DNA of 64,000 nucleotides from Acidimicrobiia bacterium (GTDB lineage: Bacteria; Actinomycetota; Acidimicrobiia; Acidimicrobiales; Bin134). A program made the translations under genes and the position numbers. Under the pieces are notes generated by a model. The model was not told the origin of the DNA. It saw nothing but the letters and a program-made list of their open reading frames with translations, and did not search any database. The DNA lies in the NCBI GenBank assembly GCA_022822265.1, contig JAJECA010000010.1:4513-68512 (forward strand). Direction: 5' to 3'. Positions 47,780 to 57,241 of the stretch are shown here, piece by piece (the stretch's first letter is position 1; each line of letters opens with the position of its first letter).

Positions 47780-48793
47780 CTAGCGATTGAGCTGGGTTAG
47801 GCGGGCCACCAGCACCTCCAGCACCGCTTCGGAGGGCACCGCAGTGGCACCCCGGAGATCCAAATCGGCTTGGGCCAATAGCTCGATCGACCGGGCGACC
47901 TTCTTCGGTCCCAGCTTTCGGGCCTGACGCAGTGCCTTTCGGGCCGGGAAGGTGGAGCCTTTGAGGCCCAGCAGCTCGGCGGCCTCCTTCTCGTCGGCCG
48001 CGTCGGCGCCGTCGAGGCGCAGCAGCCGGTTGTGGTGGTTGTAGAGGGTGGACAAAACCTGCATCTCGTTGCGGCCTCCGGCATGGAGCATGCGGCGCAG
48101 TTTGTCCAAGGCGTCGGCGATGTTGCCCGACTCCACCGCATCGGTCAGCTCCCAGGGGGGCACCGATCCGGCCTCCCAGATGAACGGGGCCACGTCGTCG
48201 GCCTCCAACGCCCGATCCGGGCCATAGGCCGACGCCAGAGTGGTGAGCACCGCGGGCAGGCGGCTCATGTCCTCCCCCAGGTGGTCGGCCAGCAGCCGCT
48301 TGGCCCCGGCCCGCAGCCGGAGCCCCGCGGCGGCTACCTGCGTGTCCATCCACTTGGCGGCGCCGTCGCGGCCCCGGGGAATCCCCGCGCCGACCACCTC
48401 ACCGCCTGCTTCGGCCACCGCTTCCGACAGTCGTTTGGGCACCGCGTTCAGCCGCTGGAGCGCTGGCCCCTTCTCCCACACCAGCACCAGATCGGTGGTG
48501 TCCAGCGGTTGCTCCAGATATCCGAGCAGTGGGCTTAGCGAATCGACGGCGGAGAATCGGCCCATCTCCCGGCCCACCACCACCCGCCGCTCGGTGAGGA
48601 ACGGCGGGGTCTGGGCGGCGTCCACCAGCGGGGCGATGTGGTAGTCGTCGTCCTCCAGGTAGGCGGCCTCGGTCAGCTCGGCCACCATCAGCGACCGGTC
48701 GCCGTCGCCCACCAACTGGGCCACCTGGTCGCGCACCGCGTTGGACAACAGCACCTCGTCGTCGCCGTGAAACAGAACCACCGTCGCGCTCAT
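47780..48793 (-). CDS. holA: DNA polymerase III delta subunit
   Basis: 337 aa, with a HolA-like N-terminus (VVLFHGDDEVLL) and C-terminal helical domain. It has the conserved position next to rpsT and comEC. Confidence 0.8.
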   Translation of the reverse strand: MSATVVLFHGDDEVLLSNAVRDQVAQLVGDGDRSLMVAELTEAAYLEDDDYHIAPLVDAAQTPPFLTERRVVVGREMGRFSAVDSLSPLLGYLEQPLDTTDLVLVWEKGPALQRLNAVPKRLSEAVAEAGGEVVGAGIPRGRDGAAKWMDTQVAAAGLRLRAGAKRLLADHLGEDMSRLPAVLTTLASAYGPDRALEADDVAPFIWEAGSVPPWELTDAVESGNIADALDKLRRMLHAGGRNEMQVLSTLYNHHNRLLRLDGADAADEKEAAELLGLKGSTFPARKALRQARKLGPKKVARSIELLAQADLDLRGATAVPSEAVLEVLVARLTQLNR

Positions 48794-49632
48794 GAGTGAT
48801 TCCGCCGGTGTTGGAGGAGGTCGCTCATGAAGTCGGCCACCCGGCGGGTGCCGGCCACGTCATGGGCCCGAAGAATCCGGCTGCCCAACCCCACGCCCAA
48901 GGCATGGGCCGCCAGCGTGGCCTCGCGCCGGTTGCCCACCTCGGTTCCGGTCAGCTCCCCCAAAAAGCCCTTGTTCGACACCGACAGAAACACCGGATAG
49001 CCCAGATCCGCCAGCTCCTCAGATCGGCGAAGCAGCTCGGCCGACATCTCGGGGGTCTTGCCCAGGTCGTGTCCGGCGTCAAGCATGATCCGCTGCGGGG
49101 GGATCCCCGCGTCCACCGCCCACTGGGCCCGCTCCGACAAGAACCGGCTCACCTGGCCCACCAGGTCGTCGTACACCGGATCGGGGTCGGCCACCCTGGG
49201 GGCCAGGCGCACATGGCAGGCCACCACCGAGGCCCCCGCTTCGGCGGCGGCGCACAGGAAGTCGGGGTCGGCGAACCCGCTGATGTCGTTGCCCACCACC
49301 GCCCCGGCGGCATAGCTCTCCCGGGCCACCGAGGCCCGCCAGGTGTCCACCGAGATGGGCAGATCGAATCGCTTGCGCAGCGCCTCGATGGCCGGCACCA
49401 CCCGATCCATCTCCTCGTTTTCGGTCACCTCGGGACCGGGACCGGCCTTCACCCCGCCAACATCCAAGAAGTCGGCCCCCTCGGCCACCAGCTCCTCCGC
49501 TTTGGCCAAGAAGGTGTCAAAGTCCCAGTACTGCCCGGCGTCATAAAACGAGTCGGGCGTGCGGTTCAAAATCCCCATGACCAGAGCCCGGTTGGTCACG
49601 TCATAGCGATGCGGCCCCAGCTCCACGATCAC
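48790..49632 (-). CDS. folP: dihydropteroate synthase family protein
   Basis: ALVMGILNRTPDSFYD...ADFLDVGGVKAGPG...ISVDT. There is a 4-nt overlap with the holA start. Confidence 0.8.
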   Translation of the reverse strand: MIVELGPHRYDVTNRALVMGILNRTPDSFYDAGQYWDFDTFLAKAEELVAEGADFLDVGGVKAGPGPEVTENEEMDRVVPAIEALRKRFDLPISVDTWRASVARESYAAGAVVGNDISGFADPDFLCAAAEAGASVVACHVRLAPRVADPDPVYDDLVGQVSRFLSERAQWAVDAGIPPQRIMLDAGHDLGKTPEMSAELLRRSEELADLGYPVFLSVSNKGFLGELTGTEVGNRREATLAAHALGVGLGSRILRAHDVAGTRRVADFMSDLLQHRRNHS

Positions 49633-49642
49633 GCAGGCGACG

Positions 49643-51430
49643 CTACACCGCGCCGGTGACGATTTGGGATGCCAGCGGAGTGACCGCCACTGCCAGGCGA
49701 GGGTCGTGGGAGGTCACCTCAACGACGAGGCTGCCGACCAGGATCTGCTGACCCGTTCGGACGGTTCGGGCCCCTCCTATGCGGTGGGTTGGTGGGGCGA
49801 TGATTGTGCCTATGTGCATGCGCTCTTGCAGCGATCGGATCTGGTCGCGCTGGGCCCGGGTGCCCCGGTCGGCCACTGCCAGGTCTACCGCGCCGACTCC
49901 GGCCCGGCGGAGGTCTTCCAGCAGCCGCTCGGTTGACCGGTTGGGGCCGAGCACGACCACCACAGTGTGGTGGTGGCGCCACACCTCGACTCCGGAGTCG
50001 AGCACGGTGTGGAATGGCGGGTCGGCAGTCCGCAGGGCCACCGCTGGCACCAGCAGCGCGGCGGCCAGCCCTACAGCGGCCGCGGCGCGCAGCAGGCGGC
50101 GCCGGGCCAGCCACCAGACCCCGGCGCCGATGGCCACCGCGATCAAATGGGGGGTCCGCAGTTCGCCGAGCCGGGCTGATGCCGACCAGCCGGCCACCGC
50201 CTGGATCCAGCCAATGCCCAGGTCGGTGGGCCAGTGGATGGCCTGGGCCAGCGGGCCGCCCGCCAGCCCGGCCAACAGCCCCGCCGACAGGCTCCACATC
50301 ATGATCGGCCCGGCCACCGGGGCGGCCAGCAGGTTGGCGGGCAGCGAGGCCACCGCAACACCGCCGAATGTGGCGATGAGCAACGGCGCCACGGCCAACT
50401 GCGCCGACACGGTCACCGCCAGCGCGTCGGCCAGCAGCCGAGGCCCTCGCAGGCGCTCGGCCAAACGGGGTGCCCACAGGATGATGCCCGTCGAGGCGGC
50501 CACCGACAGCCGAAACGCCACCGAGTGCACCAGCAGCGGATCAACCAGAACCAACAGGGCCACGGCCAAAGCCAGCACCCGGCGGCTGGACGCCTCCCGG
50601 CCCAACAAGGTGGCGGTGGCCGCGATGGCCGCCATCACTGAGGCCCGAAGCACTGAAGGCTCGAACCGGGTGACCAGGGCGAAGAAGGCGATGGCCCCGA
50701 GGGTGAGCACCCAGCGGCCCCGGTAGTCGAACCGCTCGATCAGGGGGCGGGCCAATATGAGAACGAAGGCCACGTTCTGTCCCGACACGGCCAGCAAGTG
50801 GGTGAGGCCCGCGGCCCGGAAGTCGTCGGACACTACCGGCGACTGGTGGCGGTCGTCGCCGTAAGAAAGCCCGGTGAACAGAGCGAGGCGGTCGCCATCC
50901 AGGGTTTGAGCGCCTCGGGCGATGGTGCGTCGCAGCCAGTTGGCCAGCCGATAGGGAGCAGCCCCTTCCCGGTAGCCGTGGACGCGGTCGATGTTCAGCC
51001 GGTTGGCAACGTGGCGGGCCGCTTGGTAGCTGGGCAGCGGCAGGATCGGGCGGATGCTTCCGGTGACGCTGATGCGGTCCCCGGCCAGTCGGTCGCCCAG
51101 GTCTCGGGCGGCGCGCCCGTAGGCCCACGCCTCATAGCGCCGTCCCTCCGCCCGCACGAACACCCGCATTCCCTCGCCCACCGGCACCGGATCGGACACC
51201 AGGGCGGCTTCGCCCTCGAAGGCTGCGGGCTCCAGCGGATCGAGGCCCGCCCAGGCCCTCGCTCCCAGCGACGAGCTGAGCAGCAGCACGCCAACTACCA
51301 ACAGCCACGGCTTGCGGACGGCCAAGGCCACTGCCGCCAGGGCTATCCCCGGAACTAGAGGCACGCCCGCCGACCACCAGGCGCCGGCCATGGCCGCCAC
51401 CGCCAGTGCCACCGCGTGGCGGTCGCTCAC
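49643..51430 (-). CDS. comEC: ComEC/Rec2 family DNA internalisation channel protein
   Basis: Polytopic membrane protein with the competence domain motif (FRAAGLTHLLAVSGQNV). 595 aa. There is a 4-nt overlap with comEA. Confidence 0.85.
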   Translation of the reverse strand: MSDRHAVALAVAAMAGAWWSAGVPLVPGIALAAVALAVRKPWLLVVGVLLLSSSLGARAWAGLDPLEPAAFEGEAALVSDPVPVGEGMRVFVRAEGRRYEAWAYGRAARDLGDRLAGDRISVTGSIRPILPLPSYQAARHVANRLNIDRVHGYREGAAPYRLANWLRRTIARGAQTLDGDRLALFTGLSYGDDRHQSPVVSDDFRAAGLTHLLAVSGQNVAFVLILARPLIERFDYRGRWVLTLGAIAFFALVTRFEPSVLRASVMAAIAATATLLGREASSRRVLALAVALLVLVDPLLVHSVAFRLSVAASTGIILWAPRLAERLRGPRLLADALAVTVSAQLAVAPLLIATFGGVAVASLPANLLAAPVAGPIMMWSLSAGLLAGLAGGPLAQAIHWPTDLGIGWIQAVAGWSASARLGELRTPHLIAVAIGAGVWWLARRRLLRAAAAVGLAAALLVPAVALRTADPPFHTVLDSGVEVWRHHHTVVVVLGPNRSTERLLEDLRRAGVGAVDLAVADRGTRAQRDQIRSLQERMHIGTIIAPPTHRIGGARTVRTGQQILVGSLVVEVTSHDPRLAVAVTPLASQIVTGAV

Positions 51431-52110
51431 ACTGCGACCAAATCGCGGATCTGCTCCAGCTTGGCCGGGCCGATGCCGGACACGGCCAGCAGCCCGTCTA
51501 CCGAGGCAAACCCGCCGATGCGCTGGCGGTGGTCGATGATGGCCGCAGCGGTGGCCGGCCCCACCCCGGGCAGCGACTCAAGCTGCTCGGCAGTGGCGGA
51601 GTTGAGGTTCAGCGGCCCGGAATGGGCGGTCGCACCACCGCCCGCCGATCCACTCCCGCCCAGAGGCGCGGGTATTGCCGTCTGGCCGAGCCGGGGGAAG
51701 TACATCCAGAGTCCGTCCGACAGCGGGGCGGCCAGATTCACCCGATCGTGGTCGGCGTCGGGCGCCAGCCCCCCGGCTGCCTCTACCAAGTCGAGCACCC
51801 GGGCCTCGCCCCGAAAGAGGTACACCCCGGGAGCGCGGACCGCGCCAGCGGCGTGTACCAGTATCGGCGCCGCCTCGGCAGCCGGGGTCGAGCGGGCGGG
51901 CAGCGGCGTCGCCATGGGAATCACCGCCTCAGGCCGCGGAGCGCTGCTGGCCCCCGCCATCAGATAGGCCGCCACCGCAATGGCGGCCACCAGTCCACCG
52001 CCGACCATCAACAGCCGGGGCCCGGTGATCAAGTGCCGGTAGTCATCCACTATCTCCCTGACCCTCTCTGCGGGGGTCAGCCGGGGAGGCGGCAATGAGG
52101 AGTCTTCCAT
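51427..52110 (-). CDS. comEA: ComEA family DNA-binding protein (SLBB + helix-hairpin-helix)
   Basis: LNLNSATAEQLESLPGVGPATAAAIIDHRQRIGGFASVDGLLAVSGIGPAKLEQI. Confidence 0.85.
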   Translation of the reverse strand: MEDSSLPPPRLTPAERVREIVDDYRHLITGPRLLMVGGGLVAAIAVAAYLMAGASSAPRPEAVIPMATPLPARSTPAAEAAPILVHAAGAVRAPGVYLFRGEARVLDLVEAAGGLAPDADHDRVNLAAPLSDGLWMYFPRLGQTAIPAPLGGSGSAGGGATAHSGPLNLNSATAEQLESLPGVGPATAAAIIDHRQRIGGFASVDGLLAVSGIGPAKLEQIRDLVAV

Positions 52111-52224
52111 TGGCCCGTCCGGGCGCGGCGCGCCATGCCATTGGCGGGGGAAGCGGCTTCAGAGTATCAGCCGAAAATCAGAATCGACAGGGCCAGCGCC
52201 CTGTGCCCGCCCGAGTGCGGGCCC

Positions 52225-52929
52225 TCAGTAGAGCTGGGTGGTGAGACGACGGCGGTAGACGGAGGTGCGGGGGTCGTCGGAGCCCATGATCTCCAACAGG
52301 TCGACGAACTCCTGGCGGGCGTCAGGATCGGCCTTCACCCGGCCCAGCAGATCGTCGAGCCGGGACTCGACATCCCCATTGTCGGCCTTGCTGCCGGTAC
52401 GGGCCAGCGCAGCCACCCGGCGGACCTCGGCGGTCTCGGGAATCCGCTCCAGCAGCTCGAGGGCCTCCTCGCCCCGGCCATCGGCCACCAGCAGGTCGGC
52501 CAGCCCCACCACGGCACCCTCGTGGTCGGCGTCCAGCTCCAATGCCCGCCGCAGAGAGGCCTCGTCGCCAGCGGCCACCAGAGCCTCCACCTCGCTCTCC
52601 TGTTCGGTGGGAATCAGACCCTGCACGAACTCGGCCACCGCGGCCTCGCCCTGGGCGCCGATGAACCCGTCGACCACCTTGCCGTCGCGCATGGCGTACA
52701 CCGCGGGAATGCTCTGCACCTGAAAGGCCTGAGCGGTCTGGGGGTTGTCGTCCACGTTGACTTTGGCCAGCTCCACCGCCCCGCCGGTGGCCGCCACTGC
52801 CTGCTCCAGAATCGGCCCGAGCGTTTTGCACGGCCCGCACCACGGCGCCCACAAGTCCACCACCACCGCCACGGTGTGGGAGCGCTCGACCACTTCGGTG
52901 GTAAACGTCGCATCAGTCACATCGGCCAT
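52225..52929 (-). CDS. thioredoxin-domain protein with TPR-like C-terminus (YbbN/CnoX-like co-chaperone)
   Basis: VVVDLWAPWCGPCKTLGP thioredoxin motif, followed by a helical Ala/Leu/Glu-rich C-terminal half. Confidence 0.85.
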   Translation of the reverse strand: MADVTDATFTTEVVERSHTVAVVVDLWAPWCGPCKTLGPILEQAVAATGGAVELAKVNVDDNPQTAQAFQVQSIPAVYAMRDGKVVDGFIGAQGEAAVAEFVQGLIPTEQESEVEALVAAGDEASLRRALELDADHEGAVVGLADLLVADGRGEEALELLERIPETAEVRRVAALARTGSKADNGDVESRLDDLLGRVKADPDARQEFVDLLEIMGSDDPRTSVYRRRLTTQLY

Positions 52930-52976
52930 CGGCTACCTCTCATCGAACCAGATTGAACGCTAGCGTGACCTCTCGC

Positions 52977-54011
52977 ATGGACCACATCCGAGGCATCCAG
53001 CACGACGCCGTCAGCGCGTGGTTCGAAGCCAACGTGCCGGGCGCTGCCCTGCCGCTGACGTTCGAGCTGATTGCCGGCGGGCATTCCAACCTCACCTTCA
53101 AGGCCACCGGCGCCGACGGCCAGACCTACGTGCTGCGCCGGCCGCCGCTGTACCAGGTGCTGGCTACCGCCCACGACATGGGCCGAGAGCACAAGATCAT
53201 CGCCGCCCTCGCCGATACCGACGTGCCGGTGCCCCAGGCCTTCGGGTTGTGCGAGGACGAGCAGGTAAACGAACGCCCCTTCTACGTCATGGACTTTGTG
53301 GACGGCAAGGTGGTGCGCAACCGCAAACAAGCATCTGAGCTGGCCCCTGAGGTGCGCTGGAAAGCCTCCAAGTCGATCGCCGAGACGCTGGCCCGCATCC
53401 ACGCGGTGGACGTAGACGAGGTGGGGCTGGGCGATCTAGGGCGCAAGGAGGACTACATCGCCCGCCAGCTCCGGCGTTGGCTGCGCCAGTTCGAGGAGTC
53501 CAAAACCCAAGACCGCCCCCAGATCCAGGAGGTCCACGACCATCTTGTGGCCCGCATCCCCGAACAGGGCCAAGCCGGCATCGTCCACGGCGACTACCGC
53601 TTGGACAACTGCATGCTGGGCGATCAAGGCGAAGTGCTGGCCGTGCTCGACTGGGAGCTGTGTACCCTGGGCGACCGCAACGCCGACGTGGCCCAACTCC
53701 TGGTGTATTGGGCTGAGCCAAACGACTCTGAATTCGCGTTGGACGATCCCCCCACCGGCGAGGCCGGATTCGCCAGCCGAGCCGAGATGTTCGACCTCTA
53801 CTCGGAGGCGTCGGGGCGCGAAATCGACAACTTCGAGTACTACATGGCCTTCGGCTACTGGAAGCTGGCCTGCATTCTGGAAGGCGTCTACAGCCGGTAT
53901 GTGGGCGGGGCCATGGGCGACAAGGCGCCGCCGCAGGGGGCCGACAGCTTTGTGGCCCGGGTGGACGCGCTGGTTGAGATGGCCACAGCAGCCGCGGAGC
54001 AAGTGGTATGA
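52977..54011 (+). CDS. phosphotransferase (APH/choline-kinase-like) family protein
   Basis: YVLRRPP..., IVHGDYRLDNCM (Brenner motif HGDxxxxN), DWELCTLGD. Alternative starts at 52953 (TTG) and 52965 (GTG). Confidence 0.8.
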   Translation: MDHIRGIQHDAVSAWFEANVPGAALPLTFELIAGGHSNLTFKATGADGQTYVLRRPPLYQVLATAHDMGREHKIIAALADTDVPVPQAFGLCEDEQVNERPFYVMDFVDGKVVRNRKQASELAPEVRWKASKSIAETLARIHAVDVDEVGLGDLGRKEDYIARQLRRWLRQFEESKTQDRPQIQEVHDHLVARIPEQGQAGIVHGDYRLDNCMLGDQGEVLAVLDWELCTLGDRNADVAQLLVYWAEPNDSEFALDDPPTGEAGFASRAEMFDLYSEASGREIDNFEYYMAFGYWKLACILEGVYSRYVGGAMGDKAPPQGADSFVARVDALVEMATAAAEQVV

Positions 54012-54877
54012 GCAGCGATCTGGTCACCGTGCACCGAGAACTCGACTTGGCCGATCCCGTGCTCGTGGTGGCCTTTGACGGATGGGTGGATGCCGGTTTC
54101 GGCATGCGCAACGCCACCGAGATCATGTTGAAGGCCGACGACGCCGATCTGGTAGCCAGTTTCGACGCCGATCTGCTGGTGGACCACCGAGCCCGCCGCC
54201 CCACCATGACCGTTCGAGAGGGCCGAGTGGACCACATCAGCTGGCCGGCCATCCGCCTCCAACAGGTGAGCGATCTGGACCAGCGGGCGTTCCTGCTGCT
54301 CCACGGACCCGAACCCGATTTTCGCTGGCAGGCGTTCTGCGCGGCCGTCGATCAGCTGGTGCAGCAGCTGGGGGTAGCCCGAGTGGTGTCATTGGGGGCG
54401 TACCCGGCTGCGGTGCCCCACACCCGACCGGTGCGGCTGTCGGCCACCGGAACCTCCCAGGATCTGATCGAGCGGTTCGGCTCACCCGGGGGCACCCTGG
54501 AGGTTCCCGCCGGGATCAGCGCGGCATTGGCCAAGCGATTCGAGGCCGCCGGAATTGAAACGGTGTCGGTCTGGGCTCAGGTGCCCCACTATGCGTCCGG
54601 CTCCCCGTTCCCGGCCGCCACCGCGGCGCTGTTCCAGGGCTTGCGGACCGTGGCCGACCTGCGGTTCGACCCCGCGCCGCTGATCGCCGAGGGGCTGGAG
54701 GTGTCCCGTCGGCTCGACACCATGATCGCCCAGAACGCCAGCCACAAGCGCCTGCTAGGCCAACTGGAAGGCGCCTACGACACCAGCATGGGAGAGTCGG
54801 GTGAGGAGATTCCCACCGGAGACGAGCTGGCCGAAGAGCTGGAACAATTCCTGCGCGACCAGGACGAATCCAAGTGA
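54008..54877 (+). CDS. PAC2 (proteasome assembly chaperone 2-like) family protein
   Basis: PVLVVAFDGWVDAGFG..., LLLHGPEPDFRW. There is a 4-nt overlap with the upstream gene. Confidence 0.75.
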   Translation: MSSDLVTVHRELDLADPVLVVAFDGWVDAGFGMRNATEIMLKADDADLVASFDADLLVDHRARRPTMTVREGRVDHISWPAIRLQQVSDLDQRAFLLLHGPEPDFRWQAFCAAVDQLVQQLGVARVVSLGAYPAAVPHTRPVRLSATGTSQDLIERFGSPGGTLEVPAGISAALAKRFEAAGIETVSVWAQVPHYASGSPFPAATAALFQGLRTVADLRFDPAPLIAEGLEVSRRLDTMIAQNASHKRLLGQLEGAYDTSMGESGEEIPTGDELAEELEQFLRDQDESK

Positions 54878-54905
54878 CCGTGATCATCACCCGAGAGGAC
54901 AGAGC

Positions 54906-55958
54906 ATGAAGCTAGATGGAGGCCTCGTTACCAGAGCAGCCAGGAAGGGCTCGGTTGGACCCCTAGGGGATGCCGCCGAAAACGCCCGGAATCTGGAAGC
55001 CGCCGGCTACGACGGGATCTGGTCGGCCGAGCTCGATCACGATCCGTTCCTGCCGCTGGTTTTGGCTGCCGAGCACACCACCCGCATTCAGATCGGAACC
55101 TCGATTGCGGTGTCGTTCGCCCGCAACCCGATGATCTTGGCCAACTTGGGATGGGACCTTCAGGCCTACTCCGGCGGGCGCTTCATTCTCGGCCTGGGCT
55201 CGCAGATAAAGCCCCACATCACCAAGCGATTCTCCATGCCCTGGTCTCACCCCGCGGCCCGCATGAAGGAGATGATCGACGCCGTCAAGGCCATATGGGA
55301 TTGCTGGGAGACCGGTGAGCGGCTGAGCTTTCGGGGCGAGTTCTACCAGCACACCCTCATGACGCCGATGTTCAGCCCCGGCGCCAATCCCTTCGGACCT
55401 CCCCCCATCCACCTGGCCGCAGTTGGCGACCTCATGACCGAGGCGGCCGGCGAGAGCGCCGACGGCTGGATCAGCCACGGATTCACCACCCCGAGCTACG
55501 TGCGGGAGGTATCGCTACCCGCCCTCGAGCGCGGGGCCGCCCGAGCGGGCCGCGATCCCATAGACATCGAGGTCTCGATGCCCGTGTTCATTGTCACCGG
55601 CGAAACCGAGGAGGAGATGGCCTCGGCGGCCCAAGCGGCCCGCCAGCAACTGGCCTTCTACGGTTCCACCCCCGCATACCGCCCGGTGCTCGAGCACCAC
55701 GGCTGGGGCGACGCCCAAGACGAGCTGAATCGCATGTCCAAGCAGGGCCAATGGGTTGAGATGGCCGACGTGATCGACGACAACATGTTGGGGACCTTCG
55801 GCGTGGTGGCCGAGCCCCAGGACCTGGCCAGCGGCGTGGCGGCCAGCTACGGCGGGCTTATCGACCGCATGTCGTTCGGCCAGGGTCTCCGGGCCGACGG
55901 ACCGTGGGGCGAAGTGCGCGAGGCGCTTCGAGCCATTCCGGGCCGTTCACATCATTAG
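54906..55958 (+). CDS. LLM-class (luciferase-like) F420-dependent oxidoreductase
   Basis: LEAAGYDGIWSAELDHDPFLPL...IQIGTSIAVSFARNPM...GRFILGLG. Internal ATG at 54906 of the track ORF. Confidence 0.85.
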   Translation: MKLDGGLVTRAARKGSVGPLGDAAENARNLEAAGYDGIWSAELDHDPFLPLVLAAEHTTRIQIGTSIAVSFARNPMILANLGWDLQAYSGGRFILGLGSQIKPHITKRFSMPWSHPAARMKEMIDAVKAIWDCWETGERLSFRGEFYQHTLMTPMFSPGANPFGPPPIHLAAVGDLMTEAAGESADGWISHGFTTPSYVREVSLPALERGAARAGRDPIDIEVSMPVFIVTGETEEEMASAAQAARQQLAFYGSTPAYRPVLEHHGWGDAQDELNRMSKQGQWVEMADVIDDNMLGTFGVVAEPQDLASGVAASYGGLIDRMSFGQGLRADGPWGEVREALRAIPGRSHH

Positions 55959-55996
55959 AGGCGCCGCAATAGGGTTGCCCGAATAGGGTTGCACCC

Positions 55997-57184
55997 GTGG
56001 AGACAAACGATCCGTCCGACTTCCACGAGGGTCTGGCCCAGGCCGAAGAGGCCGCCATCAACCCCCACAAGGAATGGGATCGGGGCCGGGCCGAGCCCCC
56101 GGAGGTGCGCGATGACGGTTTCGGCGGGCGCATCTTGAACCTGTACCGCCGGAACCACACCGAGGCGGTGCTGCGCAACAGCGCGGTGTTCTCCACCCGG
56201 GTGGTGGCCGAGTCGATGACCCCGTTCATGGGACCGCTGTTGCTGGGCATGGACGGCGATGAGCACACTGCCTACCGGGGGCTGGTGTCCAAAGCGTTTC
56301 GGTCATCGGCGCTGGCCCGTTGGGAGACCGAGCTGGTGGCGCCCATCGTCAACGAGCTGCTCGACGGCATCGCCCCTCGGGGGCGGGCCGATCTGGTGGC
56401 CGAGCTGACCCAGCGGTTCCCCACCCGGGTGATCGCCGGGATCATGGGTGTGCCGCTGGACGACGCCGACCAGTTCCGGCTGTGGTCCGAGCAGGTAAGC
56501 GCAGGTCCCCTCTATCCCGAGGCCGGCCACCAGGCGTCACAGGCCATGCGCGACTACCTCTACCCCATTGTGGAAGACCGCAAGCAAAACCCTCAAGACG
56601 ACCTGATCAGCGACATCATCCATGCCGAGATCGACGGCCAGCGCCTCGACGACGAGCACATCTACGGCTTTTTGCTGCTGTTGATGCCCGCAGGGGCTGA
56701 GACCACTTCCCGCGAGCTGGGCATCGCCTTGACGGCGCTGCTGACCGACGACGGCTGGCTCAACCGGCTCAAGGCCGACTGGTCACTGCTGGATCAGGTG
56801 ATCGAGGAGACCCTGCGGTGGGAGAGCTCTGCCCCCTTAGCCACCCGGGAGGCCACCGAGGACACCGAGGTGGATGGCTGTCCCATCCCGGCCGGCACTC
56901 GGCTGATGATGACCATGACATCGGCCAACCGCGACGAGCGGGTGTATGCCGACGGCCACCGCTGGAATCCCGACCGCGACCAGCCCGTACCCCACATGGC
57001 GTTCGGCTGGGGGCGGCACCTGTGCTTGGGCATGCACTTGGCCCGCCTGGAGATGCGGGTGGCGCTGCCGGCCATTCTCGAACGGCTGCCAGGGCTGCGC
57101 CTCGACCCCGACGCCGAACCGCCGGTTATCCGGGGGGTGGCGTTTCGCGGCCCCGAGGAGCTTCACGTGGTCTGGGACGTCTGA
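55997..57184 (+). CDS. cytochrome P450
   Basis: EETLRWE (ExxR) and FGWGRHLCLGMHLARLE heme-thiolate loop. Confidence 0.9.
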   Translation: METNDPSDFHEGLAQAEEAAINPHKEWDRGRAEPPEVRDDGFGGRILNLYRRNHTEAVLRNSAVFSTRVVAESMTPFMGPLLLGMDGDEHTAYRGLVSKAFRSSALARWETELVAPIVNELLDGIAPRGRADLVAELTQRFPTRVIAGIMGVPLDDADQFRLWSEQVSAGPLYPEAGHQASQAMRDYLYPIVEDRKQNPQDDLISDIIHAEIDGQRLDDEHIYGFLLLLMPAGAETTSRELGIALTALLTDDGWLNRLKADWSLLDQVIEETLRWESSAPLATREATEDTEVDGCPIPAGTRLMMTMTSANRDERVYADGHRWNPDRDQPVPHMAFGWGRHLCLGMHLARLEMRVALPAILERLPGLRLDPDAEPPVIRGVAFRGPEELHVVWDV

Positions 57185-57225
57185 GCGGCGTTATTGGCAG
57201 GCCGCTAGACCACCACATTCACCAG

Positions 57226-57241
57226 GACGCGGGAACGCGTC
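57226..57241. terminator. candidate hairpin between the convergent P450 and leuS genes
   Basis: GACGCG-GGAA-CGCGTC is a perfect 6-bp stem with a tetraloop. There is no U-tract. It overlaps the leuS stop codon. Confidence 0.25.
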
